DNA of 64,000 nucleotides from contig NC_057750.1 in the NCBI RefSeq assembly GCF_004010195.1, forward strand, positions 8,461,294 through 8,525,293, in the 5' to 3' direction. The DNA is from Chiloscyllium plagiosum (lineage: Eukaryota). Below the pieces are notes generated by a model. It ran no database searches, was not told the origin of the DNA, and saw only the letters and a program-made list of their open reading frames with translations. Made by a program: the position numbers and the translations under genes. Positions 62,917 to 64,000 of the stretch are shown piece by piece. Numbering within the stretch: position 1 is the stretch's first letter; each line of letters opens with the position of its first letter.

Positions 62917-63990
62917 CACCCCAGTATGCCAACATTTTCATGCACAGGTTCGAACAAGACGACTTTTCTGCACAGAACCTGCAACCAACACTATACACCA
63001 GATATAATGACAACATTTTTTTCCTGTGGACCCCTGGTGAGGAGTTACTGAAACAACTACACAGTGATATCAATGAGTTTCTTCTCACCATCAGATTTAC
63101 CATGGACTACTCTTTAGTATCTGTCTCATTCTTGGACATATGCATCTACATCAAAGATAGGCACTTCAGCACCTCACTCTACCACAAACCCATGGATAAT
63201 CTCACAATGCTACACTTCTCTAGCTTCCACTCGAAGCATATTAAAACAGCCATCCCATACAGACAACCCCACGCATACACAGGATCTGTTCAGATGAGGA
63301 CAAACATGACAGACACCTGAAGGTGCTCAAGGATGCCCTTATAAGAACAGGGTACGATGCTCAACTCGTTGACCGCCAGTTCAGACATTCCACAACGAGA
63401 AACCATAATGATCTCCTCAGGAGACAGACAGGGTTGCAACCAATAGGGTTGTTCAGTTCTTCTCGGGAGCCGAAAAACTGTGCCATGTTCTTTGTAGTCT
63501 GCAACATATTATTGATGAGGATGAGCACCTCGTCAAGACCTTCCTTACACCCCCACTTCTTGCCTTTAAACAACCACCAAACCTTAAACAGATCATTGTT
63601 TGTCGCAAACTGCTGAGCCTTCAGGACAACATTGACCACAACACCGTAACAGTCCTGTCAGGGCAACCGCTGCAAGACATGTCAGAGTGTTGACACAGAT
63701 ACTACCATTATACACCATTTATGTGTCAGGTACTCATGTGACTTGGCCAACATTGTCTGCAGCGTATGAGATAGACAATGATGCCCTGAGGCATGGTACA
63801 TTGGCAAGACCCAGCAGACACTATAACAATGGACAAATGGACACTGCACAACAATCGCCAGGCAGGAGTGTTCCCTCCCAGTCAGGGAACACTTCAGTGG
63901 TCAGGGACATTCGGCCTCAGACCTTTGGGTGACCATCCTCTAGGTGGTCTTTGGGACAGACAACAAAGCAAAGTGGCTAGGCGAAAGTGA
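62917..63990 (+). mobile_element. Second Penelope-like family: decayed RT and GIY-YIG region
   Basis: PQYANIFM...TRYNDNIF (decayed RYxDDIF)...SFLD...YHKP...FSSFH. Downstream are a CKTC motif and a WYIGKT-like segment. Confidence 0.85.
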
Positions 63991-64000
63991 GTACTGCAGA

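Noticed and set aside
1..64000. A prokaryote-style novel system (retron, DGR, defence island) suggested by the many RT fragments
   Set aside because: All RT fragments are assignable to decayed eukaryotic CR1, L1 or Penelope elements within introns. There is no operon structure.

Overview
Vertebrate nuclear DNA, very probably a cartilaginous fish (shark), judged from the HE1-type V-SINEs, HER1/CR1 LINEs, DeuSINE-type SINEs and Penelope-like elements (PLEs). There is no prokaryotic content. The only host gene I can support is the 5' part of a class I bHLH-PAS gene on the + strand, best read as NPAS1. It has a start-codon exon (CDS 1413-1504, MATQY...WDFLQGLLVKNQPVPC; missed by the ORF track) spliced in phase across an 18.2 kb intron to the bHLH exon (19742-19986). 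I found no further exon in the remaining 44 kb. The introns are a nested pile of retroelements: several CR1 copies (one near full length, with zinc-finger and esterase ORF1), a full-length decayed L1 with TSD, a pol-less Gypsy-type LTR remnant, two PLE families, many SINEs, a minisatellite and a 595-nt N gap. The most interesting observations are: about ten PLE-type minimal hammerhead ribozyme motifs, several in short palindromic elements; a SINE/L1 template-switch chimera; a 5'-inverted CR1 insertion; a head-to-head CR1 pair sharing private variants; and inverted CR1 tails bracketing the bHLH exon. I do not see a clearly new multi-gene system. Repeat boundaries were read by eye and are approximate.
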